Of a stretch of 64,000 nt of DNA, positions 1-12,249 are shown piece by piece; within the stretch, counting starts at the first letter, position 1, and every line of letters begins with the position of its first letter. The DNA is taken from the NCBI GenBank assembly GCA_002269645.1, contig NIVC01002050.1, positions 1 to 64,000 of the forward strand, written 5' to 3'. Made by a program: the position numbers and the translations under genes. Source of the DNA: Macrostomum lignano. Lineage: Eukaryota. Below the pieces are notes generated by a model. That model made no database searches and was not told where the DNA came from. It saw only the letters and a list, made by a program, of their open reading frames with translations.

Positions 1-459
1 TGACTGGCTGAATTGACTTCAACTTTAATTGTCACTATAGAACAGAATATTTGGTACATACATTATGATTATGATTTTAATACTCTTTCTTTTACTCCTT
101 ATTCTTTTAATAATAAGCCCTTAGTTTAAATTAAAAAGCAATCTTTAAAAACGTTTCATGTAATGAAAAAAAATAAAGTAGAAATATAATTTCTATTGGA
201 TGATTAATTTTTATATCAATTATATTGAAGCAGAGATTTGTGTTAAATTATGACTATGATAATGCTATATTATAAATTTATTTCATAATTTATTATAGAT
301 TTTACAATTAATAACATACTTTAAATTATGCTGGAATGAAAGCTAGAAAGTTTTGACACTTGCTCCTTTCAATTTGCTGATAGTCCAATGCCCAAGTACT
401 TATGCCTAATCTTCAGTAAAAAAGCATTTGACAATGCAATCGCACCAGATGAATGAAGA

Positions 460-3400
460 ATGGACAGTCTCAGCATCAGGCTGGTTGGTCTGGATGAAAA
501 CTACCCAGTCCGTTTGAACTGGAAATGACCTTGGGGTCCAATTCAGCAAGCAATCTATAGTTGTACCTGGCGATCGATTAACTAGGTAAATATAACTTTA
601 TTCAGTTTTGAGCATGGATTATAATAATGACTAGATCGGCCACTTTGATATATTTGATTGGTTCCACAGCTTCTCTACTTTCAGTTCAGTGGCAATAAAA
701 GATGTGTAAGCTACAAAGTGCTGTTTGTTGGGTTAGCGATCGTTTGCGTATAACTTTTCACTGCTTAAAGAGCAAAATCAATGCTTCAATTGAGTGTTGA
801 GTAGCTTCTCAGGTCATTCGGTTGCTTATGGCTCATAAGTGACGAGGTCCAAGAAAGTGAATAGCGATTTCAACCTGACTAGCTAGCGAGAAGGCATGGA
901 TGGAGCTGTCCAATTCGCTGACTGAAGGTGGGTGAAAAGTTATCGGCCTCAAGCGCGAGTACATCGAAAGCAGCGTTGATCGCTATCCAACGAACAGCCC
1001 AGTTGTATTTTATAAAGAGAAAAGGCAGTTGGTGTGACTTGCCACTGGTGCAGGAGTAATGTACATTAGCCAGCGGCAATAAAAAAGTGGCTAGCTAGAA
1101 CACCAAAAAAGACAATAAAAGTTGTGCGCTGTGAGCAGCTGGCAGAGATCTGATGCGGAAATGTGCAGTTGCAGGGGTTCAACTTGAGGCATAGGGGGTC
1201 CTGTTCTTAAATGCATCAAAATTCTGAACCAAAAAAGCTTACACGCTTATGTGCTGAGTGGCGCATCCTAGCTGTTGACTGTTTATCAATACGAGACAGG
1301 CCTGTCATCTCTTGCACTCAAATCAACTGTCCTATCTGTGCAGATCGCGCGAGTTCATACCTGGCCACGGCACCCTGCGCCGTACAGTTGAAGCCGGCAG
1401 CGGCAACGCCTCCTTTGCTGCCGGTCGTCGACAGAAACAAAATGACGACAACGCCGAGGACAATGATGAAGATGATGAGGATGAGGACGAGGAGGGAGCT
1501 TGGAGCTGGCCGCCTCAGTTGCCGGGCGTCAGCACGTTGTGAACAAGCTGCTCTGCGTCCTGCCTGGCCGGTCGCGGCTAAGCCGGCGAAATTGGCGACG
1601 TTGTTGTCGGCCGAGTTCAGGAGGTGGCTTCTCGAAGGTGGCGAATCGATGCCAATGCCAGGTTCGAATACAGCTGGGTTGCGCCTGACTTGCGATCTAA
1701 TAGATCATAGTTTTCTGGGTGCACTAAGCTAGAGGATGCAGCAAGTGAGCAGATCCAGCAGTAACTGGAGTGAGTGAGTGACAGATCCCAGCAGTAACTG
1801 GAGTGAGTGAGTGACATATCCCAGCAGTAGCTGTAGTGAGTGAGTGAGTGACGGATCCCAGCACTAGCTAGCGTGAGTGACATATCCCAGCAGTAGCTGT
1901 AGTGAGTGAGTGACATATCCCAGCAGTAGCTGTAGTGAGTGAGTGAGTGACGGATCCCAGCACTAGCTAGCGTGAGTGACATATCCCAGCAGTAGCTGTA
2001 GTGAGTGAGTGAGTGACAGATCCCGCAGCACTAGCTAGCGTGAGTGACATATCCCAGCAGTAGCTGTAGTGAGTGAGTGACAGATCCCAGCAGTAACTGG
2101 AGTGAGTGAGTGACATATCCCAGCAGTAGCTGTAGTGAGTGAGTGAGTGACGATCCCAGCACTAGCTAGCGTGAGTGACATATCCCAGCAGTAGCTGTAG
2201 TGAGTGAGTGAGTGACAGATCCCAGCACTAGCTAGCGTGAGTGACATATCCCAGCAGTAGCTGTAGTGAGTGAGTGACAGATCCCAGCACTAACTAGAGT
2301 GAGTGAGTGACATATCCCAGCAGTAGCTGTAGTGAGTGAGTGGTGACGATCCCGCAGCACTAAGCTAGCGTGAGTGACATATCCCAGCAGTAGCTGTAGT
2401 GAGTGAGTGAGTGACAGATCCCAGCAGTAACTAGAGTGAGTGAGTGACAGATCCCAGCAGTAGCTGCAGTGAGTGAGTGACAGATCCCAGCAGTAGCTGC
2501 AGTGAGTGAGTGACAGATCCCAGCAGTAGCTGGAGTGAATGAGTGACAGATCCCAGCAGTAGCTGGAGTGAGTGAGTGATAGATCCCAGCAGTAGCTGGA
2601 GTGAGTGAGTGACAGATCCAGAAGTAGCTGGAGTGAGTGAGTGACAGATCCTAGCAGTAGCTGCAGTGAGTGACAGATCCCAGCAGTAGCTGCAGTGAGT
2701 GAGTGACAGATACCAGCAGTAGCTGCAGTGAGTGAGTGACAGATCCAGCAGAAGCTGGAGTGAGTGAGTGACAGATCCAGCAGTAGCTGCAGTGAGTGAG
2801 TGACAGATCCCAGCAGTAGCTGCAGTGAGTGAGTGACAGGTCCCAGCAGTAGCTGCAGTGAGTGAGTGACAAATCCCAGCAGTAGCTGGAGTGAGTGAGT
2901 GACAGATCCAGAAGTAGCTGGAGTGAGTGAGTGACAGGTCCCAGCAGTAGCTGCAGTGAGTGAGTGACAGATCCCAGCAGTAGCTACAGTGAGTGAGTGA
3001 CAAATCCCAGCAGTAGCTGGAGTGAGTGAGTGACAAATCCCAGCAGTAGCTGGAGTGAGTGAGTGACAAATCCCAGCAGTAGCTAGGTGACTAACCAGAC
3101 CCGAGTTCCTAATGCCCTGTAGTCCATCCTGTCCAGGCTGCAGGCGACTCTGCACCTGAGCGGCGTCCTTCTACCCGGCGAAGATTTGCGCCGCAAATCG
3201 GAGGAGGACGAGCGAGCGATGCGCGCCGTACTGGCCGAAGGCGATCTAGTCAGCGCGAGGTTCAATCCGTGCAGGCCGACGGCTCGCTGGTGCTGCACAC
3301 GCGGAATGCGCGCTACGGCCGCCTCGGCCAGGGCACGCTGGTCCGGGTGCCGCCGGCGCTCATCAAGCGGAGCAAGACGCATTTCCACTCCCTGCCCTGC

Positions 3401-3769
3401 GGAGTCACCCTGGTGTTGGGCATGAACGGCTACTGTTGGTGCGGCCCAACGCCCGGACAGTCAGACGTCCGGGAGCCGCTGGCCAGTCCGGCTGACCGGT
3501 CGGAAGTGGCCCGGGTTCGAGCCTGCGTTCGCTTATTAGCCGTCAATCACGTGCCGCTATACGACACCAGCGTGATGCAGGCGTACGAGGTCGCACGCGA
3601 GTCGCCTGTGGCGCTGCTGTCCCGGCCAGACGAGCAGCTTCGGGTGGCCCGACTTGTCGCCGAACAGCTGCTGACCGCCGAGGTTGGCGAGGCTCAGCCA
3701 GGCGGCGGCGGATTCGGATTGCACAGCGGTGACCTGATCAGTGGCGGCGCATTGTCTGCTGTGCATTAG
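460..3769 (+). CDS. EXOSC2: Exosome complex subunit RRP4/EXOSC2; exons about 460-585, 1344-1661, 3137-3769; about 4 frameshifts in this sequence
   Basis: Spliced translation gives IVVPGDRLT|SREFIPGHGT...ELAASVAG..VNKLLCV...AGEIGDVVVGRVQEV..RWRIDANAR|LQATLHLSGVLLPGEDLRRKSEEDERAMRAVLAEGDLVSA(EVQ)...DGSLVLHTRNARYGRLGQGTLVRVPPALIKRSKTHFHSLPCGVTLVLGMNGYCW, the RRP4 N-terminal/S1/KH signature. GT-AG introns at 586-1343 and 1662-3136. The start codon is tentative. Confidence 0.9.
1745..3085. repeat. Intronic minisatellite, about 33-bp unit GTGAGTGAGTGACAGATCCCAGCAGTAGCTGCA with variants (EXOSC2 intron 2)
   Basis: Direct tandem periodicity; the left part alternates with a CACTAGCTAGCGTGAGTGACATATCCC variant. 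Confidence 0.95.
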
Positions 3770-4320
3770 GAGAGACAAAGCAGTTGGCTGTAGGATTAGG
3801 AATATCTGAGGCTGCGACCACACCCAGATACCATAGTAACTAGGATGGGCCCACAGATCTGTGTCGGCAGTTCGGTAGAAATTCTCTGTGTTCCAGTCGC
3901 GATCTGTAAGCATCATGCCCTTGATGCGGTCACGATTTTTTTTTAAAATGGACTTTGTTGGACTACTGTTAGTAGCCGTGTAGGTCCGTTTGCAAAATGT
4001 AATTGGCCCGACATTCTAATTGCATTTTACTAGTTTTTACGTATTTATAAAGCTGGCTGCAGTTTGTCTTGAAGTCGCTGTTATTCTGTGTCTAATTAAA
4101 TTGTGTCCATAATAACTTGAAGCTTTTATGTCGAATGATACTTAATTTTTTGACTACCTGTTTAGCTTATGTTGTTTGTTCATTTTGTAAGCATAAAGCT
4201 TTGTTAGAAACTCTGTCAGGGAATCCCCTGTGCACCGTGTATACCGCCTTGACTTGCCCGCCAGTAAATTAATTAACTGTCTGTCTCCGCAGCATCAGAC
4301 TGCATCTCAGCGGCGGTGAA

Positions 4321-7300
4321 ATGCCAGGCCCAGGGGCCAACGCAGGCCTCACAGAGCAGCCGGCAAGCAGCCCCGCCAGCACCGCTGCAGTCTCTGCCAG
4401 TCACTGCCCAACTTCCCAAGCGCCGAGCGGTTCGCGCATCACCTGCGCTCAGCCCACCTGACCATTGAGGGCGGCTCCTACCTGTGTCGCTACGGCCCGA
4501 ACTCCGTCTGCCGCTACCAGCCAATGGAGGGCGTCAGCGAGCGGACTACGAGCTGCACGTGTTGCGGCACCACGCCACAGGCGGCGCTACCACTAGCGGC
4601 GGCGGTGTGCCGGACTGCGTGCACACTTATCGCGAGGTGCGCGACGGCGTCACGCCCGGCGAGCGGTGGACCCCGCTGCACTCGGTGGTGAACCTGCCAG
4701 CCGTGCTGAACGATCCGCGCCGCCATCGCCAGGCCTCGGACGTGTTCAGCCGCACCTGGGCGACGCGTTTGAACGGGCGGAGGCGCCGCCGTCGTCGCTG
4801 CTGCCAGTCATTGGACGCCGGGATTTCGAGCGCTACCTGGCCAAGGTGGCCGGGCCAGCCAAAGTCCGAACTCGGCCGGACGAGACTCCGACTGCCGCAT
4901 CGGCTGCGCCGTCGACTCCCTCTATGACAGCCAGGCTGGCGCAGGTCGAGAGCCTGTTCTTCCAGCCCGAGTTCGACATTCGGCAGAAGGAGGTCTTCTC
5001 GCAGGTCTGGGTCTCGGGTCTGCTGGACTTACTTTACTAGCGATTCTGCGTGTCCTGTGGCGCTCCTGTTTCTCTCGCCTATCCACTTTTAACGATCCCT
5101 ATCCTCTCTTACAATTCCTGTTCCCTTTCCAATAATCCCTGTTCCCATCCCATGATCCTTGTTCCAATCCCATGATCCCTGTTCCTTTTCCCATGATCCT
5201 GTTCCCATCCCCATGATTCCTGTTCCCATCCCCATGATCCCTGTTCCCATCCCCATGATCCCTGTTCCCATCCCATATCCCTGTTCCCATCCCCATGATC
5301 CCTGTTCCCATCCCATATCCCTGTTCCCATCCCCATGATCCCTGTTCCCATCCCCATGATCCCTGTTCCCATCCCCATGATCCCTGTTCCCATCCCCATG
5401 ATCCCTGTTCCCATCCCCATGATCCCTGTTCCCATCCCCATATCCCTGTTCCCATCCCCATGATCCCTGTTCCCATCCCATGATCCCTGTTCCCATCCCC
5501 ATATCCCTGTTCCCATCCCCATATCCCTGTTCCCTTCCCACACAACACCCCCATCCCATTTACTGCATTGATAAAGCAGTACTTGATGCTGTTATTCTCA
5601 GGTGCTGCCTTGGCAGGCACTGCAATCAGGAAGTAGCGGTGGCTGGCGGCAGCTGCAAGAGCACCTGACCCAGCAGTTGGACGTCGTAGAAGAAGCCATA
5701 GCTGGTCAGGTGTCGCGCAAGTCGCACGCCCTGTTCCAGACGGCCGCCAGCCAAGACGACATTCGAACCCGACTGGACGGCGCTGTGCAGTCGGTGCGGC
5801 AGTTTCGCCAACGCTTGGCTGGAGCAAGACAGGTGCGTGAAATTGTTTCCTTCAAAACAAAAAAAATCACAGTTTTCTTTACTAGCCTACTTGCAGTAGC
5901 TTGATTAGATTTATTTTCAATGCACAAACAGGCCAGCTCATCAAGCCAACTATTGTGCTGCGCTGTTGGCGTCGCCGGCGCAATTGCGTTGCCGCTCTGG
6001 AACGGCTTGAACTGCTGCTTAGCGTGCGGGCTACTCAGCCTACCATACAGCAGCTGCTGGCGGCCACTGACTACTGCGGCGCCCTGGACCTCATGAACAG
6101 CGCCCAGGAGGCGCTTGGCCAACAATTGCGCGGCCTTCACTGCTGCCGGCATTTGCACTCGCAGCTGGTTGAGCTGCGCAAATTTGTTGGCCAAATGGTC
6201 GAGTCCGAGCTGGTCTCCGCTCTGGCTAAACAGTTAAAAACTGGCCAGGGCGCCGAGGCGCTCGGGCCCTGCGCGCTTGGCATGCTGCGCTACGGGCGCA
6301 GTCTGCACGATTGCGCCGCTGTGCTCAAGCGGGAGGCTTTTGAGCACCTGCGCCTACTGGTGCGCGGCTGTGTGCAGTCGGCTGTGCAGCAGCAGCCGGC
6401 TGGCAGCGGCTCCAGTAGCAGCGGAGGCGAGGAGCTCACACTGATGGATCAGATGCGGCAGCTGGACTTTGACCCCTGGCTAAGCATGCTAGAGTCCGTG
6501 TGCACCAGCTTGCACTCTGCGCTGGTTCACTTTGCCCAGGCTGTGACAGCTGTGCGCACTATACTCGGACCGCTGTGCTCCATGCTCGAGGCTGAGCAGA
6601 TGCTTGTGGATGTGAGGCAGAATGCACAGGTTAGTTAGTGCGCAAGTACAGCGAAATAAAATCTTGAGTAGGAGAGCGGGATAACTTCGTTTCTTAGAAA
6701 ATATCTGAAGTAGAGGTCAAACGATGCACGAGATTTGTCTAGATCTTGTGCAGATCTCCACTCGAACTGGATATTTGTCTAGATCTTGTCGAGCTCTCCA
6801 CTCGAACTGGATATTTGTCTAGATCTTGTGCAGATCTCCACTCCAACTGGATATTTGTCTAGATCTTGTCGAGCTCTCCACTCGAACTGGATATTTGTCT
6901 AGATCTTGTCGAGCTCTCCACTCGAACTGGATATTTGTCTAGATCTTGTCGAGATCTCCACTCGAACTGGATATTTGTCTAGATCTTGTGCAGATCTCCA
7001 CTCCAACTGGATATTTGTCTAGATCTTGTCGAGCTCTCCACTCGAACTGGATATTTGTCTAGATCTTGTCGAGCTCTCCACTCGAACTGGATATTTGTCT
7101 AGATCTTGTCGAGATCTCCACTCGAACTGGATATTTGTCTAGATCTTGTCGAGCTCTCCACTCGAACTGGATATTTGTCTAGATCTTGTCGAGATCTCCA
7201 CTCGAACTGGATATTTGTCTAGATCTTGTCGAGATCTCCACTCGAACTGGATATTTGTCTAGATCTTGTCGAGCTCTCCACTCGAACTGGATATTTGTCT

Positions 7301-10300
7301 AGATCTTGTCGAGATCTCCACTCGAACTGGATATTTGTCTAGATCTTGTGCAGATCTGCACTCGAACTGGATATTTGTCTAGATCTTGTCGAGCTCTCCA
7401 CTCGAACTGGATATTTGTCTAGATCTTGTCGAGCTCTCCACTCGAACTGGATATTTGTCTAGATCTTGTCGAGCTCTCCACTCGAACTGGATATTTGTCT
7501 AGATCTTGTCGAGATCTCCACTCGAACTGGATATTTGTCTAGATCTTGTCGAGCTCTCCACTCGAACTGGATATTTGTCTAGATCTTGTCGAGATCTCCA
7601 CTCGAACTGGATATTTGTCTAGATCTTGTGCAGATCTGCACTCGAACTGGATATTTGTCTAGATCTTGTCGAGCTCTCCACTCGAACTGGATATTTGTCT
7701 AGATCTTGTCGAGCTCTCCACTCGAACTGGATATTTGTCTAGATCTTGTCGAGCTCTCCACTCGAACTGGATATTTGTCTAGATCTTGTCGAGATCTCCA
7801 CTCGAACTGGATATTTGTCTAGATCTTGTCGAGCTCTCCACTCGAACTGGATATTTGTCTAGATCTTGTCGAGATCTCCACTCGAACTGGATATTTGTCT
7901 AGATCTTGTCGAGATCTCCACTCGAACTGGATATTTGTCTAGATCTTGTGCAGATCTCCACTCGAACTGGATATTTGTCTAGATCTTGTCGAGATCTCCA
8001 CTCGAACTGGATATTTGTCTAGATCTTGTGCAGATCTCCACTCGAACTGGATATTTGTCTAGATCTTGTCGAGCTCTCCACTCGAACTGGATATTTGTCT
8101 AGATCTTGTATAGATCTCCATGCCTCAAACTGATTTTTTTAAGAAACGAACATTCTGGTGTGGGGTGTCCACACCTGGGGTCGACAGACTTTTTTACCTC
8201 AAAGGCCGTATAAAGAATTTAGATCATTGCTGCGGGCCAGATGAGAGAGTAAGAGAAAATAGAGGAGACAGAACAGGAAAGAGATAAGAAAAGAGAGGAG
8301 AGAGATTATAAGAAGAGAGAAAAGAGAGAACTGAGAAGCACAGATACTAGAATAACTAGATGCCACTCAGGCATATACTTAGTAAAACAGCTTTCTGCTC
8401 TCAGTTCAGTAGCAAAGAAGAATACATAAGCTATTTATAAAATAAAGGCAGCTGAAATGACTGATAAGTTTAGAAGCCGAAGCTTGCAGGCGTAAACAGC
8501 TTGCTAATTGGTTCAGCAATAATGTACATTAGCCAGTCCACTGAAATGTACATGGCAGCTTTAGGCTGGTTTAAGCGAGGGGGGGGGTAAGAGCCAATAA
8601 ATGAGCCTTGGTTTTAAAAATACATTTAAATGCTTCAGTTTAACTTACTACTGAGCTGAAAGTAGCTTACACGCAAATGTGCTGAGTGGCCCATCTAGTT
8701 ATTCTAGCGGGCCGGATTGCTGTTATAAAGTTGTAATGGACCCGAGGGCCGGGTGGGATAGAGAGGCTTTGCAGACCGGAGTTTGCTGACCCCTGCTACA
8801 CCGAGTACTTACTACTGTAAGTAGTTCTGACTCCTGGTTGGCTGCGGTTTATTGTGGGTGAGCCTGATGCCTAAATCACCCGACGCCTCAATCTGCCAGG
8901 AGAAAGCGGTGAAACTTCTGGCCGCCCGTTCCAAAGACGCCTTCCTTGAGCGCCTGAGCCCGGCCGAGTTTGTCCGCCTGTCCGCGCTTGTTGGCGCCTT
9001 CGCCGACCAACTTGACGGCATCAGCCTGCGCTCTGTTGTTGACAACGACGCTAGCAACGGCGGCAAAATCGAGAACGGCAGCGTTGTCGATGAACCGACT
9101 ACCAACGGCGGAGAGGCCAAGCCAGCTACGGCGGCCGCGGCTGCGGCGGCTGCAGCCACGAAAACGGCTGGACAGTCAGGCAGCGCTTTGCTGCGCAGCG
9201 CATTGCACAATCAGGTTAGTCGCTTAAGTTCCATGACTAAACAATTGGGGAGGCAAAGAGCCTCGGGTATCTTGAAAGTCAATCTTGAAGTCCACAAGGA
9301 TCGGGAAAGTTCAGGAAGTCGAGGAGTTGGCGATAGAGCAGTTCAGGGGATCAGTGAGTTCAGGGGATCAGTGAGTTCAGGGGATCAGTGAGTTCAGGGG
9401 ATCAGTGAGTTCAGGGGATCAGTGGGTTCAGGGGATCAGTGAGTTCAGGGGATCAGTGAGTTCAGGGGATCAGTGAGTTCAGGGGATCAGTGAGTTCAGG
9501 GATCAGTGAGTTCAGGGGATCAGTGAGTTCAGGGGATCAGTGAGTTCAGGGGATCAGTGAGTTCAGGGGATCAGTGAGTTCAGGGATCAGTGAGTTCAGG
9601 GGATCAGTGAGTTCAGGGGATCAGTGAGTTCAGGGGATCAGTGAGTTCAGGGGATCAGTGAGTTCAGGGGATCTGTGAGTTCAGGGGATCAGTGAGTTCA
9701 GGGGATCAGTGAGTTCAGGGGATCTGTGAGTTCAGGGGATCAGTGAGTTCAGGGCATTGAAAAGTTCTGTGCCTCCCCGCAGGCTCTCCGCCTCGTCGGC
9801 AGGTTCCACGCGGAGCGCAAGACCAGCCTCAGCCTGCTGCTAGACAACGAGCGCTGGAAGCCGGCAGACGTGCCAGCAGAATTCCAGCTGCTCGCGAGCG
9901 CCATCGGCGAGGGCCGCCTCGACGCCCTGGCATCGTCGTCTGGGTCAGCGACCTACGCATCGGCGCAGTCGCCATCGCGCAGTCGCCATCGGCGGCCAGC
10001 AGCATTGAACTGTGCGGCGAGCACTTCCGCGTGTCCAGCGCCACCCTCATGCTAGTGAGATTCTCTATTGAATACTGTCGGCTAGCCACTGACCTGCGGC
10101 ATTGTGCCGCCAGGGAAGTGTTCGGCCACCTTGTTGAGCTGTTGAAGCACTTCAATTCGCGCTGCTGCCAGCTCGTACTCGGCGCCGGGGCCATCCAGCT
10201 GGTCGGACTGAAGACCATCACTACTAAGAATTTGTGCCTGGCTCAGCGCAGCCTGCAGCTGGTCCTGGCCATCCTGCCGCACGTCACAAATCACTTTGTC

Positions 10301-11184
10301 AGTAGGCTGGGCCTGCCAGCCGTCTGCCAGCGGGCGCTGCTGGACACGGCCAAGGACTACGGCGACCATTCGGCCGAGATCAGTCGCAAACTGGTTGAAC
10401 TGATGGACAGCAAGGCCAAACAGCAGCTGGCTGTCTGGCAGTTCAGGCCGCCGTCGCCGTCTGTTCACATCCGGTCTGTGGTGCAGGCGCACTGCAAGCT
10501 GCACGAGAACATGGCCGAGCTCTTGCCCAGACAGCAGGTGACTATGTATTGAGTATGCACTTTCATACGGACTCAATAGTCCACACTTGCTGCTCTGTCC
10601 TGCTCTTTGATTGGCTCGCCTCCTACATCCCTAGTGCTCTCTCTCTCACCATTTAGGTTCACATCTTATTTGCGATACATTAAATTTAGACTACTGAGAA
10701 AAGTAGACGAATAAAAATTTGAATCTTAAAATCTATCAAATAGCCTGAAAAATGTCGCCATAAAGCATATGACAGCATATAAGAGAAATGTCTGTGCACA
10801 TGAGGGCCAACCCCTTTGGCACAGAGAGTGTACATGTCTGATAATTATACAGTCAGGGCCGCTGTACACCCTGTGTGAGCGTGTGTGCGTATCCAGAGGG
10901 TAAGGCATTGAGTGGGCATGACTGCATGTGCCCTGATTATTTTAAGACTTCAAACTCTCACCCACTCCGCTGACTGACCAATCCAGGTAACGGAGATATT
11001 CCTGCGGCTGCACAACTCATTTAAAGAAGATTTCCGGCGTAAACTACGCGAATGCGGCGTCACCAATGACAGATCGCCGCAGCATCTGCACGCCAGCACC
11101 GATATGGCATTCTATTTAGACAGCCTGCGGGCTCTGCGCGGACTCGAGAATTTCAACGACGACTTTTCCGACCTTTGGAAATAA
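4321..11184 (+). CDS. VPS54: GARP complex subunit VPS54; exons about 4321-5004, 5602-5832, 5932-6629, about 8850-9214, 9783-10537, 10987-11184; several 1-bp frameshifts
   Basis: Motifs: N-terminal CxxC..H..H zinc-finger region (CSLCQ..FAHHLRSAHLTIEGGSYLCRYG), VNLPAVLNDPR, FHAERKTSLSLLLDNERWKPADVPAEFQ, RCCQLVLGAGAIQLVGLKTITTKNLCLAQRSLQL, C-terminal DMAFYLDSLRALRGL..LWK*. GT-AG junctions seen. The start and the exon-4 5' boundary are uncertain. Confidence 0.9.
5140..5535. repeat. Intronic minisatellite, 21-bp unit GTTCCCATCCCCATGATCCCT (VPS54 intron 1)
   Basis: Tandem periodicity; explains the MGMGTGI/WGWEQGS pseudo-ORFs. Confidence 0.95.
6735..8118. repeat. Intronic minisatellite, 40-bp unit CTCCACTCGAACTGGATATTTGTCTAGATCTTGTCGAG(C/A)T, about 34 copies (VPS54 intron 3)
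   Basis: Highly homogeneous head-to-tail 40-bp units with no unique spacers. Confidence 0.97.
9343..9754. repeat. Intronic minisatellite, 17-bp unit CAGGGGATCAGTGAGTT (VPS54 intron 4)
   Basis: Tandem periodicity between the donor at 9215 and the acceptor at 9782. Confidence 0.95.
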
Positions 11185-11189
11185 GAGAG

Positions 11190-11655
11190 GCAATAGGGCT
11201 AGCTTCCTCTAATCAAGGGGCTGGGTTGGAGGGGGTTGGTTATCAGCCAATCAGAAGGCTAGACTGGATGTTAGGTTGGGTGTCAGCCAATCAGAATTCT
11301 GGGCTAGATATGGAGTTGCCTATCAGCCAATCGGGAGGCTTGGCTAGATATGGGGTTGGCTATTAGCGAATCGGAAGGCTTGGCTAGATATGGGGTTTGC
11401 TATCAGCGAATCAGGAGGCTTGGCTAGATATGGGGTTGGCTATCAGCCAATCAGAATTCTGGGCTAGATATGGAGTTGACTATCAGCCAATCGGGAGGCT
11501 TGGCTAGATATGGGGTTGGCTATTAACCAATCAGGAGGCTTGGCTAGATATGGGGTTGGCTATCAGCCAATCAGAATTCTGGGCTAGATATGGGGTTGGC
11601 TATCAGCGAATCAGGAAGCTGGACTGAATGTGGGGGTTGGTGTTTGCCAATCAGA
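11190..11655. repeat. Degenerate about 40-bp tandem repeat TGGCTAGATATGGGGTTGGCTATCAGCCAATCAGGAGGCT right after the VPS54 stop
   Basis: About 11 diverged units, most with the internal inverted motif TTGGCT-ATC-AGCCAA. Confidence 0.9.
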
Positions 11656-12249
11656 AAAGGTTGACTATGAGCCCATCATGAAAGAAACCGATAGGTATAG
11701 TGGCCCAGCAGCTAATCAAGTAACTGTGGTATAACGTAATCGGATTTTAAGCTATGAATCAATAATACTCGTAGCTTGTCACCGTTTTTTTTGAAAGTCA
11801 AAAAAGATTCCTGACTTTAACCCTGCATAGTAGCGAGTACTTTTCAATTGTATTACTTTGATTCTCAGATCGGATGCAATTCCAGTTTTTAGTGGATCAA
11901 TTTTGCTGTATGTACTTTTACCCGAATGGATAATACAAGGTTGTTGTTGGTTTTGTTTCTTTTTGTCACTCGACTTGTCTTACACTTTCGAATATTAATT
12001 GTGCTGGCTCTGTGGCCAACCTAGATTGACTGTCCTCTGTTACCTATAGATTTCTAGTTGCTATTTCTAAATCTGCTGCTGCATTGCTTGCTTGTTATGG
12101 TGACTGTGCAAAAATAGTAGATCAATAGATTTCGCTTCACATTATTGATGCTCATTGCGTTCCAGCTTGTAGTAAGTTGTAGTATTGCTTCTTTTTTATG
12201 CAGTCAATTGAAAATTGGTCAGTTGCGAAGTCGAATTTAAATTCTAAGA

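Noticed and set aside
1617-3155. Repetitive minus-strand ORFs (SLTHSSYCWD etc.) and similar ORFs at 5.1, 12.3, 35-37, 40.2, 45.7, 54.9 and 62.8 kb
   Set aside because: Translations of minisatellites with no independent coding evidence.
6735-8118. CRISPR-like array
   Set aside because: Units are contiguous with no unique spacers, there are no cas genes, and it lies in a eukaryotic intron.
1499-9977. Programmed frameshifting in EXOSC2 or VPS54
   Set aside because: Too many sites, no consistent slippery or stimulatory signals, and a pattern matching short-run deletion errors.
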